Source of the DNA: an uncultured Verrucomicrobiales bacterium
GTDB taxonomy: Bacteria > Verrucomicrobiota > Verrucomicrobiia > Limisphaerales > JACDHS01
Direction: 5' to 3'
Length of the DNA stretch: 58,140 nt
Assembly: GCA_937983475.1 (NCBI GenBank)
Contig: CALJZV010000083.1
Coordinates: 1 to 58,140, forward strand
Of this stretch, positions 43,364 through 52,790 are shown one piece after another. The number at the start of each line of letters is the position of its first letter. Positions within the stretch are counted from its first letter, which is position 1. A program made the translations under genes and the position numbers. The notes beneath the pieces are model-generated. The model saw only the letters and a list, made by a program, of their open reading frames with translations. It had not been told where the DNA came from and searched no databases.

Positions 43364-44400
43364 GATTAGGTGAGCTTTTTTGTGGCCCCGGTGGGCTGGG
43401 TTTGGGGGCAGCTATGGCTTCAGACGCGGTGCGCCATGTTTGGGCTACAGACTATGACGCTGATAGTTGTGCCACCTACGGGCTTAATTTGGCAGACGAT
43501 TGGGACAACGTGCTCTGTTGTGATGTGCGGACTTTACGTTGGAGCACGTTAGGCCGAATATCCGCAGTGGATATCTTAACCTTTGGTTTCCCATGCAATG
43601 ACTTCAGCGTTGTGGGCGAGCAGCGTGGGCTGTCTGGTAAATACGGGCCACTTTATGTCTACTGTGCGCGGGCGTTGGAGTATTTCAAGCCATCGTTTTT
43701 TGTTGCCGAAAATGTAGGTGGCCTGCGCTCTGCCGATGGCGGCAGGGCCTTTGAGGCTGTGCTAGGTAGATTCCGCAAAGCTGGATATAGCCTCTATCCA
43801 CACTTATACGATTTCAGCAAATACGGGGTGCCTCAGGCGCGTAAACGGATTGTGATTGTAGGTGTGCGCAGGGATATTGCTCTAGTGTATAGGGTTCCAT
43901 GCCCTAGTTTATATTCGCACATCGATGTTTCCTGCCGCACAGCGTTAGAGTGCCCGCCTATCCCTGAGCTTGCGGCGAATCAAGAGCCCACTAAACAAAG
44001 CCCCGCAGTTATTGAGCGGCTTAGGCACATCAAGCCGGGACAAAACGCTTTCAATGCCGATTTGCCGGAACACTTGAAGTTGAACGTGAAGGGCGCAACT
44101 ATAAGCCAGATCTACAGGCGACTTGATCCCGACAAACCCGCCTACACCATAACCGGCAGCGGAGGCGGTGGAACGCATGTTTACCATTGGGCTGATCCAC
44201 GAGCCTTGACCAATCGGGAGCGGGCGCGCCTGCAAAGTTTTCCGGATTATTATGAGTTCTGTGGCAGGCGTGGCAGTGTTCGTAAACAGATCGGCATGGC
44301 AGTTCCTCCGGTGGGCGCAAAAGCTATTTTTAAGGCCTTATTCAGTTGCGTCAACGGTGTGGAGTATCCTTGGATAGAACAGAATATTAAAGGAGATTGA
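43351..44400 (+). CDS. dcm: DNA (cytosine-5)-methyltransferase
   Basis: Motifs ELFCGPGGLGLG (I), FGFPCNDFS (IV), ENV (VI), QARKR (VIII), TNRERARLQSFPDYYEF (IX) and GMAVPP (X). Confidence 0.9.
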   Translation: MSILRLGELFCGPGGLGLGAAMASDAVRHVWATDYDADSCATYGLNLADDWDNVLCCDVRTLRWSTLGRISAVDILTFGFPCNDFSVVGEQRGLSGKYGPLYVYCARALEYFKPSFFVAENVGGLRSADGGRAFEAVLGRFRKAGYSLYPHLYDFSKYGVPQARKRIVIVGVRRDIALVYRVPCPSLYSHIDVSCRTALECPPIPELAANQEPTKQSPAVIERLRHIKPGQNAFNADLPEHLKLNVKGATISQIYRRLDPDKPAYTITGSGGGGTHVYHWADPRALTNRERARLQSFPDYYEFCGRRGSVRKQIGMAVPPVGAKAIFKALFSCVNGVEYPWIEQNIKGD

Positions 44401-44402
44401 AA

Positions 44403-44756
44403 ATGGAGCGTAAAGCCCGCAAACAACTGGCACACAAGTTGCGCGTGCTGGCCGATGTGAACCAGACGGGCACCCGTGAGGACGTGTCTATCCACTTGGC
44501 CGCCAACTTTACAACCGAAGACCTGCGGCAAGCTGCCGACTGCTGTGAGCCGCCCGATCCGCAACAGGCAGAGGCGGCACTGGAAGAAATAGCGGGAATG
44601 GAAGGAATGACTTTGCTAGGTGCCGATTCAAATTCCCCCGGTGTGACTGGCGCGCCGCGAATGCACGAGATAGGCTCGCATAAAGCGTTCAATCAATGCG
44701 CACAAATAGCGCGGGAAGCCCTAAGCCGGATGCGTGGATTGGAGGCTGGGAAGTGA
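44403..44756 (+). CDS. Hypothetical protein
   Basis: AAGGAG RBS, then ATG 44403. Confidence 0.5.
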   Translation: MERKARKQLAHKLRVLADVNQTGTREDVSIHLAANFTTEDLRQAADCCEPPDPQQAEAALEEIAGMEGMTLLGADSNSPGVTGAPRMHEIGSHKAFNQCAQIAREALSRMRGLEAGK

Positions 44757-45013
44757 AAATCGACATCCCCAAAAAGAAATGGTGTCAGGCCGGATTCTTC
44801 AAGAATGGTGACCTGATGTTTGATGAATCCGACAATCTCTATCTCGGGGTAGCCGATCACATCAACACGGCATATTGGCAAAACCGCTCAACTGTTCCTG
44901 TTGTGGCTTTGCCTCAAGGCTATCTGATGGAGATCCCAAGCATCACCAGAATGAGGCACGCGCACTTGAAGCTGGTTGAAGACCGACAGGCGGAACTGGA
45001 GGCGCGAGGATGA
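44753..45013 (+). CDS. Hypothetical protein
   Basis: GGAGG, then GTG 44753, overlapping the upstream stop. Confidence 0.45.
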   Translation: MKIDIPKKKWCQAGFFKNGDLMFDESDNLYLGVADHINTAYWQNRSTVPVVALPQGYLMEIPSITRMRHAHLKLVEDRQAELEARG

Positions 45014-45759
45014 AGCTCAGCAAACGGAAAAAGCAGATTCGCTACGCTCGCCAACGGGAGCGTGACAAGCGGCCCTGTGTAATGTGCGGCGAGCTGACCA
45101 ACGGCCATTGGGTGCCGCCCTGCTTGGGAGAGCCGGGGTTCTTTATTTGTGAGCGCAAGACCAAGGAAGATGTGAAAAAGGCTGGTGGAAAAATGAGCGA
45201 CAAACTAACAGGGTGGCTCCCTGAGGAAAAGATCGATGATGAGATGCACGAGGCCTACTGTGTTCTTGCAGGCAGGCGGTTGGAGCGGCTGCCCAAGGAC
45301 GAGGTCTTCGCCCTCTACCAGTATTTGCACGCCAACCCCGCGCCCACGGCCGAGGGGTTCTTCAGGTTTGTGCAGCGCAACCGCAGCCCCGCGCAAAAGG
45401 ACTTTAAGCCGTGGCCGCCCTGCGACCGTGAGACGCACCCCGACTACCAGTCGGGCGGGTGGGACAACATGGAGGGCATCCTTGTGTCGCTGCCCGCCTA
45501 CGCTTACGGGCGCGCGTGCGTCAACGCCTTTGCCGGGCGTAGCCCTGACGAGTGTGAGGTGGTTGAGGACGCCGTGATGGCGGAAGTGTCGAAGGTCTAC
45601 ATGCACGTCAGCGACGGACGCTTCAGCAACCCGCGCACGCGGGCAGAACACGTGATCAGCTGTCACGATGAGCTGGTCATGGATGAGCGCGATAAAATTG
45701 AGGCCGAAAAACTTGAGCAAGACCTAAAGGAGAAAATTAAAAATGATCCCAACAATTGA
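45010..45759 (+). CDS. Hypothetical protein with an N-terminal Cys cluster
   Basis: ATGA overlap. Contains CVMCG...PPC...IC. Confidence 0.5.
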   Translation: MKLSKRKKQIRYARQRERDKRPCVMCGELTNGHWVPPCLGEPGFFICERKTKEDVKKAGGKMSDKLTGWLPEEKIDDEMHEAYCVLAGRRLERLPKDEVFALYQYLHANPAPTAEGFFRFVQRNRSPAQKDFKPWPPCDRETHPDYQSGGWDNMEGILVSLPAYAYGRACVNAFAGRSPDECEVVEDAVMAEVSKVYMHVSDGRFSNPRTRAEHVISCHDELVMDERDKIEAEKLEQDLKEKIKNDPNN

Positions 45760-46093
45760 GGAGCTAATGGCCTTCCTTAAACAAGACACCCGCGTCCGCT
45801 CTGCCGAGTTGGTCGTAAACGTGGCGCGGCTTGAAGCTGGGGCCGAATATGTGATATGGATCTACGTAAATTCTTACGGCATAGATACCGATGACATGAG
45901 CACGCTAGACAAGATAGAAATCAAGTCTGATACTTGGACTGCGCTGTGTGTGCTGGTAGGCGACCACCCGCTGTTCAGCAGCAACTACGCTGCGCGAGCC
46001 CATGACGCGATATGGAGCGGTGATCTGCCGTCTGTGTCAGCTTACGGCAAGCTCGGCACCTATGCGGCGCACAAAAGGGAGGAAAACGGATAA
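45743..46093 (+). CDS. Hypothetical protein
   Basis: AAGGAG RBS 10 nt upstream of the start. Confidence 0.5.
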   Translation: MIPTIEELMAFLKQDTRVRSAELVVNVARLEAGAEYVIWIYVNSYGIDTDDMSTLDKIEIKSDTWTALCVLVGDHPLFSSNYAARAHDAIWSGDLPSVSAYGKLGTYAAHKREENG

Positions 46094-46095
46094 TC

Positions 46096-47052
46096 ATGGA
46101 AGTCCTGTCATCAGCAAATCACATCTGCTACGTCCCGCGCCGCTTTGGCAAGCGCACCGCGTTGATGGTGGTGCAAGCCAACGAGATCATCGCGCAATAT
46201 GATCAGCAAGGCTACAAGCTGACGCTGCGGCAGCTTTACTACCAGTTCGTCGCGCGCGGCCTGCTGTCCAACACCCCGCTGAGCTACAAACGGCTGGGCG
46301 AGGTGATCAGTCAGGCCCGGCTGGCCGGGCTAATAAGCTGGCACGCCATAGAGGACCGCACACGTAACCTCCAACGCCTGCCCAGCTGGGAGGGGCCGAG
46401 CGACATCGTTACCAGCTGCGCCAGTCAGTATATGGTAAACACATGGGACTATCAGCCGCGCTACGTGGAGGTCTGGGTGGAGAAGGAAGCCCTCGCCAGC
46501 GTAGTTGCCCGCGCCGCTGACCGCTGGCGTGTGCCGTGGTTCTGCTGCCGGGGTTACGTGAGTCAGAGTGAGATGTGGGCGGCGGCCCAGCGGCTTGCGT
46601 TTAAGAGCCGGGGCGGCGAGCGGCCTGTGGACATCTTACACCTTGGCGACCACGACCCCAGCGGCATCGACATGACGCGTGACATTTTCGACCGCCTAAC
46701 CCTGTTTCAAGTCCAGGATTTAGAAGTGGAACGGCTCGCGCTAAACAGGGATCAGATCAGGAAGTATAACCCGCCCCCAAACCCGGCTAAAATAACCGAC
46801 AGCCGCGCCAACGCCTACATTGATGAGCATGGCGTGAACAGCTGGGAACTTGATGCGCTGGAACCCAACGTGCTGACCACGCTAATCGATAAAGCGATTG
46901 AAAAGCGCGTGGACGGCACTGCATGGAACCGCCGCATCAGCCGCGAGAACCGCGAGCGCGCTCAGCTGAACAACGTGGCGAAGAACTGGTCTATTGTGAC
47001 CAAGGCCATCAAGGCTTATAAGAAGAAAGGAAAAGGCCGTGGAACCCGATAA
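46096..47052 (+). CDS. Stand-alone Spo11 / topoisomerase VI subunit A-like protein (5Y-CAP + Toprim; Topo mini-A-like)
   Basis: TLRQLYYQFVARGL (winged helix with a Tyr pair), VEVWVEKEAL (Toprim Glu) and HLGDHDPSGIDM (DxD). Confidence 0.55.
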   Translation: MEVLSSANHICYVPRRFGKRTALMVVQANEIIAQYDQQGYKLTLRQLYYQFVARGLLSNTPLSYKRLGEVISQARLAGLISWHAIEDRTRNLQRLPSWEGPSDIVTSCASQYMVNTWDYQPRYVEVWVEKEALASVVARAADRWRVPWFCCRGYVSQSEMWAAAQRLAFKSRGGERPVDILHLGDHDPSGIDMTRDIFDRLTLFQVQDLEVERLALNRDQIRKYNPPPNPAKITDSRANAYIDEHGVNSWELDALEPNVLTTLIDKAIEKRVDGTAWNRRISRENRERAQLNNVAKNWSIVTKAIKAYKKKGKGRGTR

Positions 47053-47515
47053 CTCAGAACCGTTTGGCTGGCCCGCTGCCCCCATTAGAATGAATCCGGT
47101 TGTGTATGCCAAGGCTCCCCGGCCCAGCTTTAACCGGGGGCCGGGGCTGCGGTGGCTGCACAACCACCGGCTGGAGGATCCGACGCCCGCGCCCGGCAAC
47201 AGCTGGAAGGTCTACGACCCCGGTGAGCTGGAAGACCTGATCATGAGCCGCTGGGACCTCTACGGCGTGCAGCCTGAGCAACTCTATATTGGCGAGCCGG
47301 TGGCCATCAATACCAGCTACCCCTACCCGTGGCTAGTGGAGCGGCGTTACGTGGGCGTCTATAAGCAGATTATGCCTGAGCAGATGGAGGAGGAGCAGCT
47401 GCACTTTTCAGGCTCCATCATTGTGCAGTGCCTCAGCGGGGTGCCGCGCTACTGGCAGACCAAGCCGCAAGCCAACATAAGAGGAGGCTCGCAATGGGAA
47501 TTCTGGACGCAATAG
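47039..47515 (+). CDS. Hypothetical protein
   Basis: GTG start after AAAGGAAAAGG. Confidence 0.4.
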   Translation: MEPDNSEPFGWPAAPIRMNPVVYAKAPRPSFNRGPGLRWLHNHRLEDPTPAPGNSWKVYDPGELEDLIMSRWDLYGVQPEQLYIGEPVAINTSYPYPWLVERRYVGVYKQIMPEQMEEEQLHFSGSIIVQCLSGVPRYWQTKPQANIRGGSQWEFWTQ

Positions 47516-47826
47516 AAGACCGCTGGCGCATCCCCCTCGATCAGCTGCCTTACGGGCGCGAGTGGCCTTTCCGCTACGGCGCGCAATGGTATTATCGCGT
47601 CAACATGCGGCACGCCGTAGGCGGCAGCGATGGCAAGGGCAGCGTGCGCACGTATAAAGAAGCGTGGCTCCCCGATGATCCTACGTTTGGCTCACCCGTG
47701 CTGCTGACGCAACTGGACTTTGACAGGGTGCTTGCCCTCAGTGATGAGCGCGGCGTCTATGTTGGCCCGATAAACTTTGTTTTGTTCAAAGTGTTCAATT
47801 ATACTATAGGAAAGGTGGATTGGTAG
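47494..47826 (+). CDS. Hypothetical protein
   Basis: GAGGAGG RBS, then ATG 47494. Confidence 0.5.
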   Translation: MGILDAIEDRWRIPLDQLPYGREWPFRYGAQWYYRVNMRHAVGGSDGKGSVRTYKEAWLPDDPTFGSPVLLTQLDFDRVLALSDERGVYVGPINFVLFKVFNYTIGKVDW

Positions 47827-47827
47827 A

Positions 47828-48580
47828 ATGACAGCTGAGATTGAGGAGATCAACGGCGGTGGTGATGGTGAAAAGACAAACGTAGGCAAGAAGAACGCCT
47901 ATGTGTGCCCGGTGTGCCTGCGCACCATCGTCACGGTGGATATGGACGTGGGCGTTACCCCGGCAACGCTCGCCTGCCAGAACGCCCGGTGTTCGGGCGA
48001 TGCTATGATGCGCTCGATGTTCTACAGCATCGACCAAGCCCTCCCCCCGGCCTACGAGTGGCGCAAGCCCACGCCGGAAAAGGTGGAGGAGATTTTGGCC
48101 AGCATTGAGGACGAGCAGATTCGCGATGCTGCTGCCAAGGATTTTGAGGACGGCCTGCTGACCCTTGTGGCCTTGGAGGCCGGGCAGCGCAACACCACGA
48201 TGGACACTGTGGGCAGGCTGAAAAAAGAGATGGTGGAGGGCGAGTCGTATAACGTGCGCGTGCGCACGCGCTGCGGCGGCGAATACGTGCGGCAGTTCAT
48301 TGCCCCGCTGCACGACCTTGTCAACATCCCTCTCATCGACTTTACCGCTATCCCGCCCGGTGCCGAGCTGGACGAGGAGACCGTGGCCAGACTGATGGAG
48401 AACGGCGATGTGCGCCAGTTTGCCCTCGCCACCAATACCGACCCGGCCACGGGCAAAGTGTGGTTCGAGTATCTTGAATTGAAGATGCGCCGCTCCGCTG
48501 CCATGGATAAACTTGTGCGCGCCACCGCGATGCCCAAGATGCCCGGCCCGGCCCGGCCCCCAAAAAGGCGGCGCGTGTAA
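47828..48580 (+). CDS. Hypothetical protein with a CPVC...C..C zinc-ribbon-like motif
   Basis: ORF in operon context. The antisense 330-aa ORF was rejected. Confidence 0.5.
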   Translation: MTAEIEEINGGGDGEKTNVGKKNAYVCPVCLRTIVTVDMDVGVTPATLACQNARCSGDAMMRSMFYSIDQALPPAYEWRKPTPEKVEEILASIEDEQIRDAAAKDFEDGLLTLVALEAGQRNTTMDTVGRLKKEMVEGESYNVRVRTRCGGEYVRQFIAPLHDLVNIPLIDFTAIPPGAELDEETVARLMENGDVRQFALATNTDPATGKVWFEYLELKMRRSAAMDKLVRATAMPKMPGPARPPKRRRV

Positions 48581-48922
48581 GTGTTTGCTGAAGACCCCAT
48601 AGAACGCCTTGAGGAGTTGGAACTTAAATTGTTCCCCCTTACCGAGAAGCGCGTATGCCAGACCGGTCAGACGGAGATGCTTGTTGTGTATCCCGACGGC
48701 GACCGGCTGGCCCGTGGGGTCATGGTGCTGAGGATGCCGCATTGTGTGCTCACGTTCTACCGCAAGAGTAAGCTGCGCGCCTTGGTGGTGGATCATGCCC
48801 GTGAAATCAGCCCGCCCGTTGAGGACCAGACTGGCCCTTACGTGCTAATCAATTGGAATGACTACCAACACGCCCGCGCCGACTTGATTAATTGGGGCAT
48901 GATTGAGCCAAAGGAGTTCTGA
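48581..48922 (+). CDS. Hypothetical protein
   Basis: GTG start directly after the upstream stop. Confidence 0.4.
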   Translation: MFAEDPIERLEELELKLFPLTEKRVCQTGQTEMLVVYPDGDRLARGVMVLRMPHCVLTFYRKSKLRALVVDHAREISPPVEDQTGPYVLINWNDYQHARADLINWGMIEPKEF

Positions 48923-48925
48923 CCC

Positions 48926-49423
48926 GTGGACATCAGTAAAGCCCGCGCCATAGTGGAAGACAACATACAGGCCGCCATGTGGCTACTCAATATCCAACAG
49001 TGGAAAATCCATGTTGAATATCGTGACATCAGCGGCCCCAACGACTTTGACGGCGCGGTGGCCGGACAGTGCTTGGCGAACGAGGGCTATAAGGAAGCCA
49101 CGATCATCATCAACGCCCAAGAGATTAGTGACGAGGAGCAGCTGCTCAACATCCTGCGGCACGAGCTGCTCCATGTGGCCGTAAGCGCGTGCTACCACAC
49201 GTTCCGCAAGGCGTGCTTTGAGCATGTGTGTGACCGCCACGCCGAGAACGCCCTGATGGTCGTCTGGACGCGCTGTGACGAGGATGCTGTGCGCCAACTG
49301 GAGGACGTGTTTACTCATGGCCTCAACTTCCCCAACGCCAAGGCCGCGTTTGATAAGGCGCGCGCTGAGCGGGAAGACTACTTTACATCTTCGACGAAGA
49401 AGAAAAAGAAGAAGAAACAATGA
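48926..49423 (+). CDS. Putative HExxH metallopeptidase-like protein
   Basis: LRHELLHVAV. ATGA overlap with the SNF2 gene. Confidence 0.4.
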   Translation: MDISKARAIVEDNIQAAMWLLNIQQWKIHVEYRDISGPNDFDGAVAGQCLANEGYKEATIIINAQEISDEEQLLNILRHELLHVAVSACYHTFRKACFEHVCDRHAENALMVVWTRCDEDAVRQLEDVFTHGLNFPNAKAAFDKARAEREDYFTSSTKKKKKKKQ

Positions 49424-50916
49424 GCCTCACCCCCGGCTACCAGTTCCACACGCCGCCCTACGACCATCAGCGTGACGTGTTCCACGCCAGCAAAGATGAT
49501 GAGTTCTTTGGCCTGCTAATGCAGCAGGGCACGGGCAAGTCTAAGGTCATCGTCGACACCGCTGCCTATCTCCACCTCCGCGACAAGATTGACGCCGTGG
49601 TTATTATTGCGCCCAAAGGGCTCTATGAAAACTGGATCAACGAGGACCCTGAGGACTTCGGCCAGTTCCCCACCCACTTACACCCAAGCATCCGGCCTTA
49701 TTATTTGCTGTGGGAAAACAAGACTAAGAATAAGACTTACCGCAGGAAATTGGAGCTGGCAGCAGACCCGCCAAAGGGCTACGATTTAACGGTCATGGCC
49801 GTTAACATAGAAGCCATCAGCGCGGGGCGCGCCCACGAGTATCTTATGTGGTTCATCAGGCAGCGGCGGTGCCTGCTGGTGGTGGACGAGTCTACCAAAA
49901 TCAAGAACCGCACCAGCAAACGCACCAAGCGCACGCTTGAACTGGCCCGGCTGAGCGGCGCGCTCTACCGACGGATTTTAACAGGGACCCCTGTTACCCG
50001 CAGCCCGTTGGATGCTTACCCGCAGTTCGAGTTCTTGCAGAAGAACTACTTTGGTCAGCGCACATGGTCGGCGTTTCAGAATCGCTACGCCATAACCGAA
50101 CTGACGCAGATCGGTGGGAGGCGGCCCTTTAAGAAGGTCGTGGGCTATCGTCGCGTGGAAGAGCTGGCCAAGCTAATCCAAGAGCACAGCTACCGCGTGC
50201 TCCGGGCCGATTGCCTAGACTTGCCACCGAAGATCTATAGTAAGTTCCAGCTAGAGCTCGCGCCGGAGCAGCGTAAGATCTACGACCGCATGAAGGAACA
50301 CGCCCTTGCCGAGTATGGCGACACCACCGTCGCCGCCCCGCTGGTGATTACGCAGATGATGAAGGCCCATCAAATCACCTGCGGCTACATCATAGACGAC
50401 AACAAGGTGGTGCATCGCTTCTTTGACGAACCGGCCAAGAACCCTCGCATCGCCGCGCTGCTTGAACTTCTCGAGACTATTGACGGCAAGGTAATCATCT
50501 GGGCCAACTTTGTGCCCTGCATAGAGGACATCTATAATGCCCTCGCTGAAGTCTACGGACGCGACGCCGTGCGCACCTACTACGGCGGCACCAGCGATGA
50601 GGACCGCAAAGAGGCCTTGCGCTCGTTCAAGCGTGAGGACGGCGGGGCGCGGTTCTTTATCAGTAACCAATCCACCGGGGGCAGGGGGTTGACGCTCACC
50701 GTGGCTGCGACCGAGGTTTACTACAGCAACAACTACGACTTGGAGGAACGCCTCCAGAGCGAGGACCGCGCTCATCGTATTGGCCAAACCAAGTCGCTCA
50801 GCATCATCGACCTTGTTGCTTCTAATACGGTGGATGGTAAAATAATTCGCTCGCTGCGGTCCAAGAACATGATGGCCGCCACTGTTACCGGCGACCAACT
50901 TGAGGATTGGATATGA
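49420..50916 (+). CDS. SNF2-family helicase/ATPase
   Basis: QQGTGKSKV, LLVVDESTKIKN, STGGRGLTL and QSEDRAHRIGQ motifs. Confidence 0.85.
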   Translation: MSLTPGYQFHTPPYDHQRDVFHASKDDEFFGLLMQQGTGKSKVIVDTAAYLHLRDKIDAVVIIAPKGLYENWINEDPEDFGQFPTHLHPSIRPYYLLWENKTKNKTYRRKLELAADPPKGYDLTVMAVNIEAISAGRAHEYLMWFIRQRRCLLVVDESTKIKNRTSKRTKRTLELARLSGALYRRILTGTPVTRSPLDAYPQFEFLQKNYFGQRTWSAFQNRYAITELTQIGGRRPFKKVVGYRRVEELAKLIQEHSYRVLRADCLDLPPKIYSKFQLELAPEQRKIYDRMKEHALAEYGDTTVAAPLVITQMMKAHQITCGYIIDDNKVVHRFFDEPAKNPRIAALLELLETIDGKVIIWANFVPCIEDIYNALAEVYGRDAVRTYYGGTSDEDRKEALRSFKREDGGARFFISNQSTGGRGLTLTVAATEVYYSNNYDLEERLQSEDRAHRIGQTKSLSIIDLVASNTVDGKIIRSLRSKNMMAATVTGDQLEDWI

Positions 50917-50946
50917 GCATCCAAACAAGGAAGGAGGTGACGCCCC

Positions 50947-51393
50947 ATGGCTGGAACATTAAACGCCGCGCACTTGTTGCGCATTGCGGAACTTGAAGGG
51001 CAGCTTAAGAACTCGGAAGAGTTGAACCAACGGCTGATGAAAGATAATGACGAGCTCCAAGGCAAGCTGGATTTGGTCATGCACGATGTCGTCGACGTCT
51101 GTGTGCATGAGCTTGGACCAGACGCCGAGCACGAAACACTTAACTTTCGGTCGGAGATTCGGCTTCCCAAAGTTGTGGCCGCGCTAAGCGCAGCCAAACT
51201 CAAGCAGCACTTCAACGCAATGCTGCGCAGTGAACTGGCCAAGCGTATTGAGGGCATCGAGATTGCGCACCTTGAACCCAAGGACTGCGTCGCTCAGCCC
51301 AAGGCTCCAGCGGAACCCGCTGCGCCACCTACGCCCCCGCCAGCTGACCCCGAGCCGCCTGCGGATCCCCCGGCACCACCGCCGGAGGAATAA
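50947..51393 (+). CDS. Coiled-coil protein with a Pro-rich C-terminus
   Basis: ORF followed by a terminator. Confidence 0.5.
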   Translation: MAGTLNAAHLLRIAELEGQLKNSEELNQRLMKDNDELQGKLDLVMHDVVDVCVHELGPDAEHETLNFRSEIRLPKVVAALSAAKLKQHFNAMLRSELAKRIEGIEIAHLEPKDCVAQPKAPAEPAAPPTPPPADPEPPADPPAPPPEE

Positions 51394-51403
51394 GAGGCCC
51401 CTA

Positions 51404-51435
51404 GCGCGGGGTCGTCGGTGGCCCCGCGCATTTTT
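51404..51435 (+). terminator. Rho-independent terminator
   Basis: 8-bp stem GCGCGGGG/CCCCGCGC, 10-nt loop, then ATTTTT. Confidence 0.7.
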
Positions 51436-51453
51436 ACTTTGGAGAGTAGATGG

Positions 51454-51663
51454 ATGGCAGTGCAAAAGATAAATATTGAGCTGAGCAAGGACGAACTGCG
51501 CCTGCTCTGCTGCGTCCATGCCGAAACCATACGCAACAAGGCCGACGCCCTCTGCGATGGTCAGTTCTTTACCCCCGGCACCGACGCCCCCGAGGTTGGT
51601 GAGCTGGTGACGTTATCCCAAACGCTGGAGGATTTACATGGTAAGCTCGACTTACTAAAATAG
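51454..51663 (+). CDS. Small hypothetical protein
   Basis: GGAGAG RBS, then ATG 51454. The track start at 51418 lies inside the terminator. Confidence 0.45.
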   Translation: MAVQKINIELSKDELRLLCCVHAETIRNKADALCDGQFFTPGTDAPEVGELVTLSQTLEDLHGKLDLLK

Positions 51664-51842
51664 AGTTTGCTCTAATGGCGGGCCGCCCCTACCATTACAG
51701 GCTTGGAACTGCGAAGGTTTGCTGTCTCCAAGCCTTGATTAAACGGTGGCCACCAATAAAAGTCAGGCTCCTAACACACAGCCCGCCCCAACGGGCAGGC
51801 CTACGCAGTTCCATTAGAACGTAGAAATAAGAAAGTTATTGT

Positions 51843-52790
51843 ATGCCCACACAAATCACCTCACTCACATTCTGCGCTTTCGATTTAGAAACCACCGGCT
51901 ACGACCCCACCGAGGTTCGCATCTGCGAGTTTGCGGCCAGCCGTTTCAAGCTGGACTACGATGGCAGCGCGCTGGTGCCGTGCCATCTAGATGGCTCTGA
52001 CAGTCTGACCTATCATAAACGATCAGACCCCGGCGTGCCGATACCTCCCGAAGCCAACGGAGAGCAAAAGCAGAGCGATGAAGATGTTGCCACTGCCCTG
52101 CCGGAGGACATGCAGGTTGAGGAGTTTATTAAGAAGATGCGCGGGACGGTGTGGCTTGCCCACAATGCGGCATACGATTATGAGACGCTCGTCCATGCGC
52201 TCATGCGCGCCCGCAAGTGCAGTGAGCAGGAGGCGCGCACCGAGCTGTTCAACGCCCACGTCGGCGTCATCGATACCTTGCGGCTGGCGCGCCATTTGGT
52301 GCCCACCGAGAATCATAAACTCAATACGCTGTTCCATTACTATGGATGTCCGCGCGCCAACGCCCCCACCCACCGGGCCGACGATGATGTGCGCGCGCTG
52401 GTGGATGTGTTCCAAGGTTTGGTTGGCACATGCTTAGAAGGTTTTGCGAAGGACTGGCCCATCACCGAGGACGACCCCGGCCTAAGCCCGAACTTCTGCG
52501 ACGAGCTGTTCAGCACCAGCTACAGCCCGGTAGATTACGGCCGAATCAATTTTGGTAAGCACCGCAACGATGCGCTCGAGGAAGTGCCGTTCTCTTATTT
52601 TGACTGGTGGATCAACAAACGCCGCGCCGAAGACCAGCCCGATTGGGACCGTGAATACACTATGGCCGGGCTTGCCAAACAGGCAGGCGTCAACCCCGAC
52701 AAGTGCGACCGCATCCAAGCCGCCGCCCGCCAGCGATTAGCGGGAGAGCTGCAAGCCTTCTATCCTACCCTTACAGTGGAGCCAGCATAA
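51843..52790 (+). CDS. DnaQ-like DEDDh 3'-5' exonuclease with a DUF3820-like C-terminal domain
   Basis: FDLETTG, HNAAYDYETL and HRADDDVRAL motifs. C-terminal INFGKHRNDALEEVPFSYFDWW. Confidence 0.75.
   Translation: MPTQITSLTFCAFDLETTGYDPTEVRICEFAASRFKLDYDGSALVPCHLDGSDSLTYHKRSDPGVPIPPEANGEQKQSDEDVATALPEDMQVEEFIKKMRGTVWLAHNAAYDYETLVHALMRARKCSEQEARTELFNAHVGVIDTLRLARHLVPTENHKLNTLFHYYGCPRANAPTHRADDDVRALVDVFQGLVGTCLEGFAKDWPITEDDPGLSPNFCDELFSTSYSPVDYGRINFGKHRNDALEEVPFSYFDWWINKRRAEDQPDWDREYTMAGLAKQAGVNPDKCDRIQAAARQRLAGELQAFYPTLTVEPA

Noticed and set aside
47804-48796. 330-aa reverse-strand ORF spanning two forward genes
   Set aside because: The translation is His/Gly/Arg-rich and has no operon context on the reverse strand. 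The forward ORFs are contiguous with start/stop coupling.
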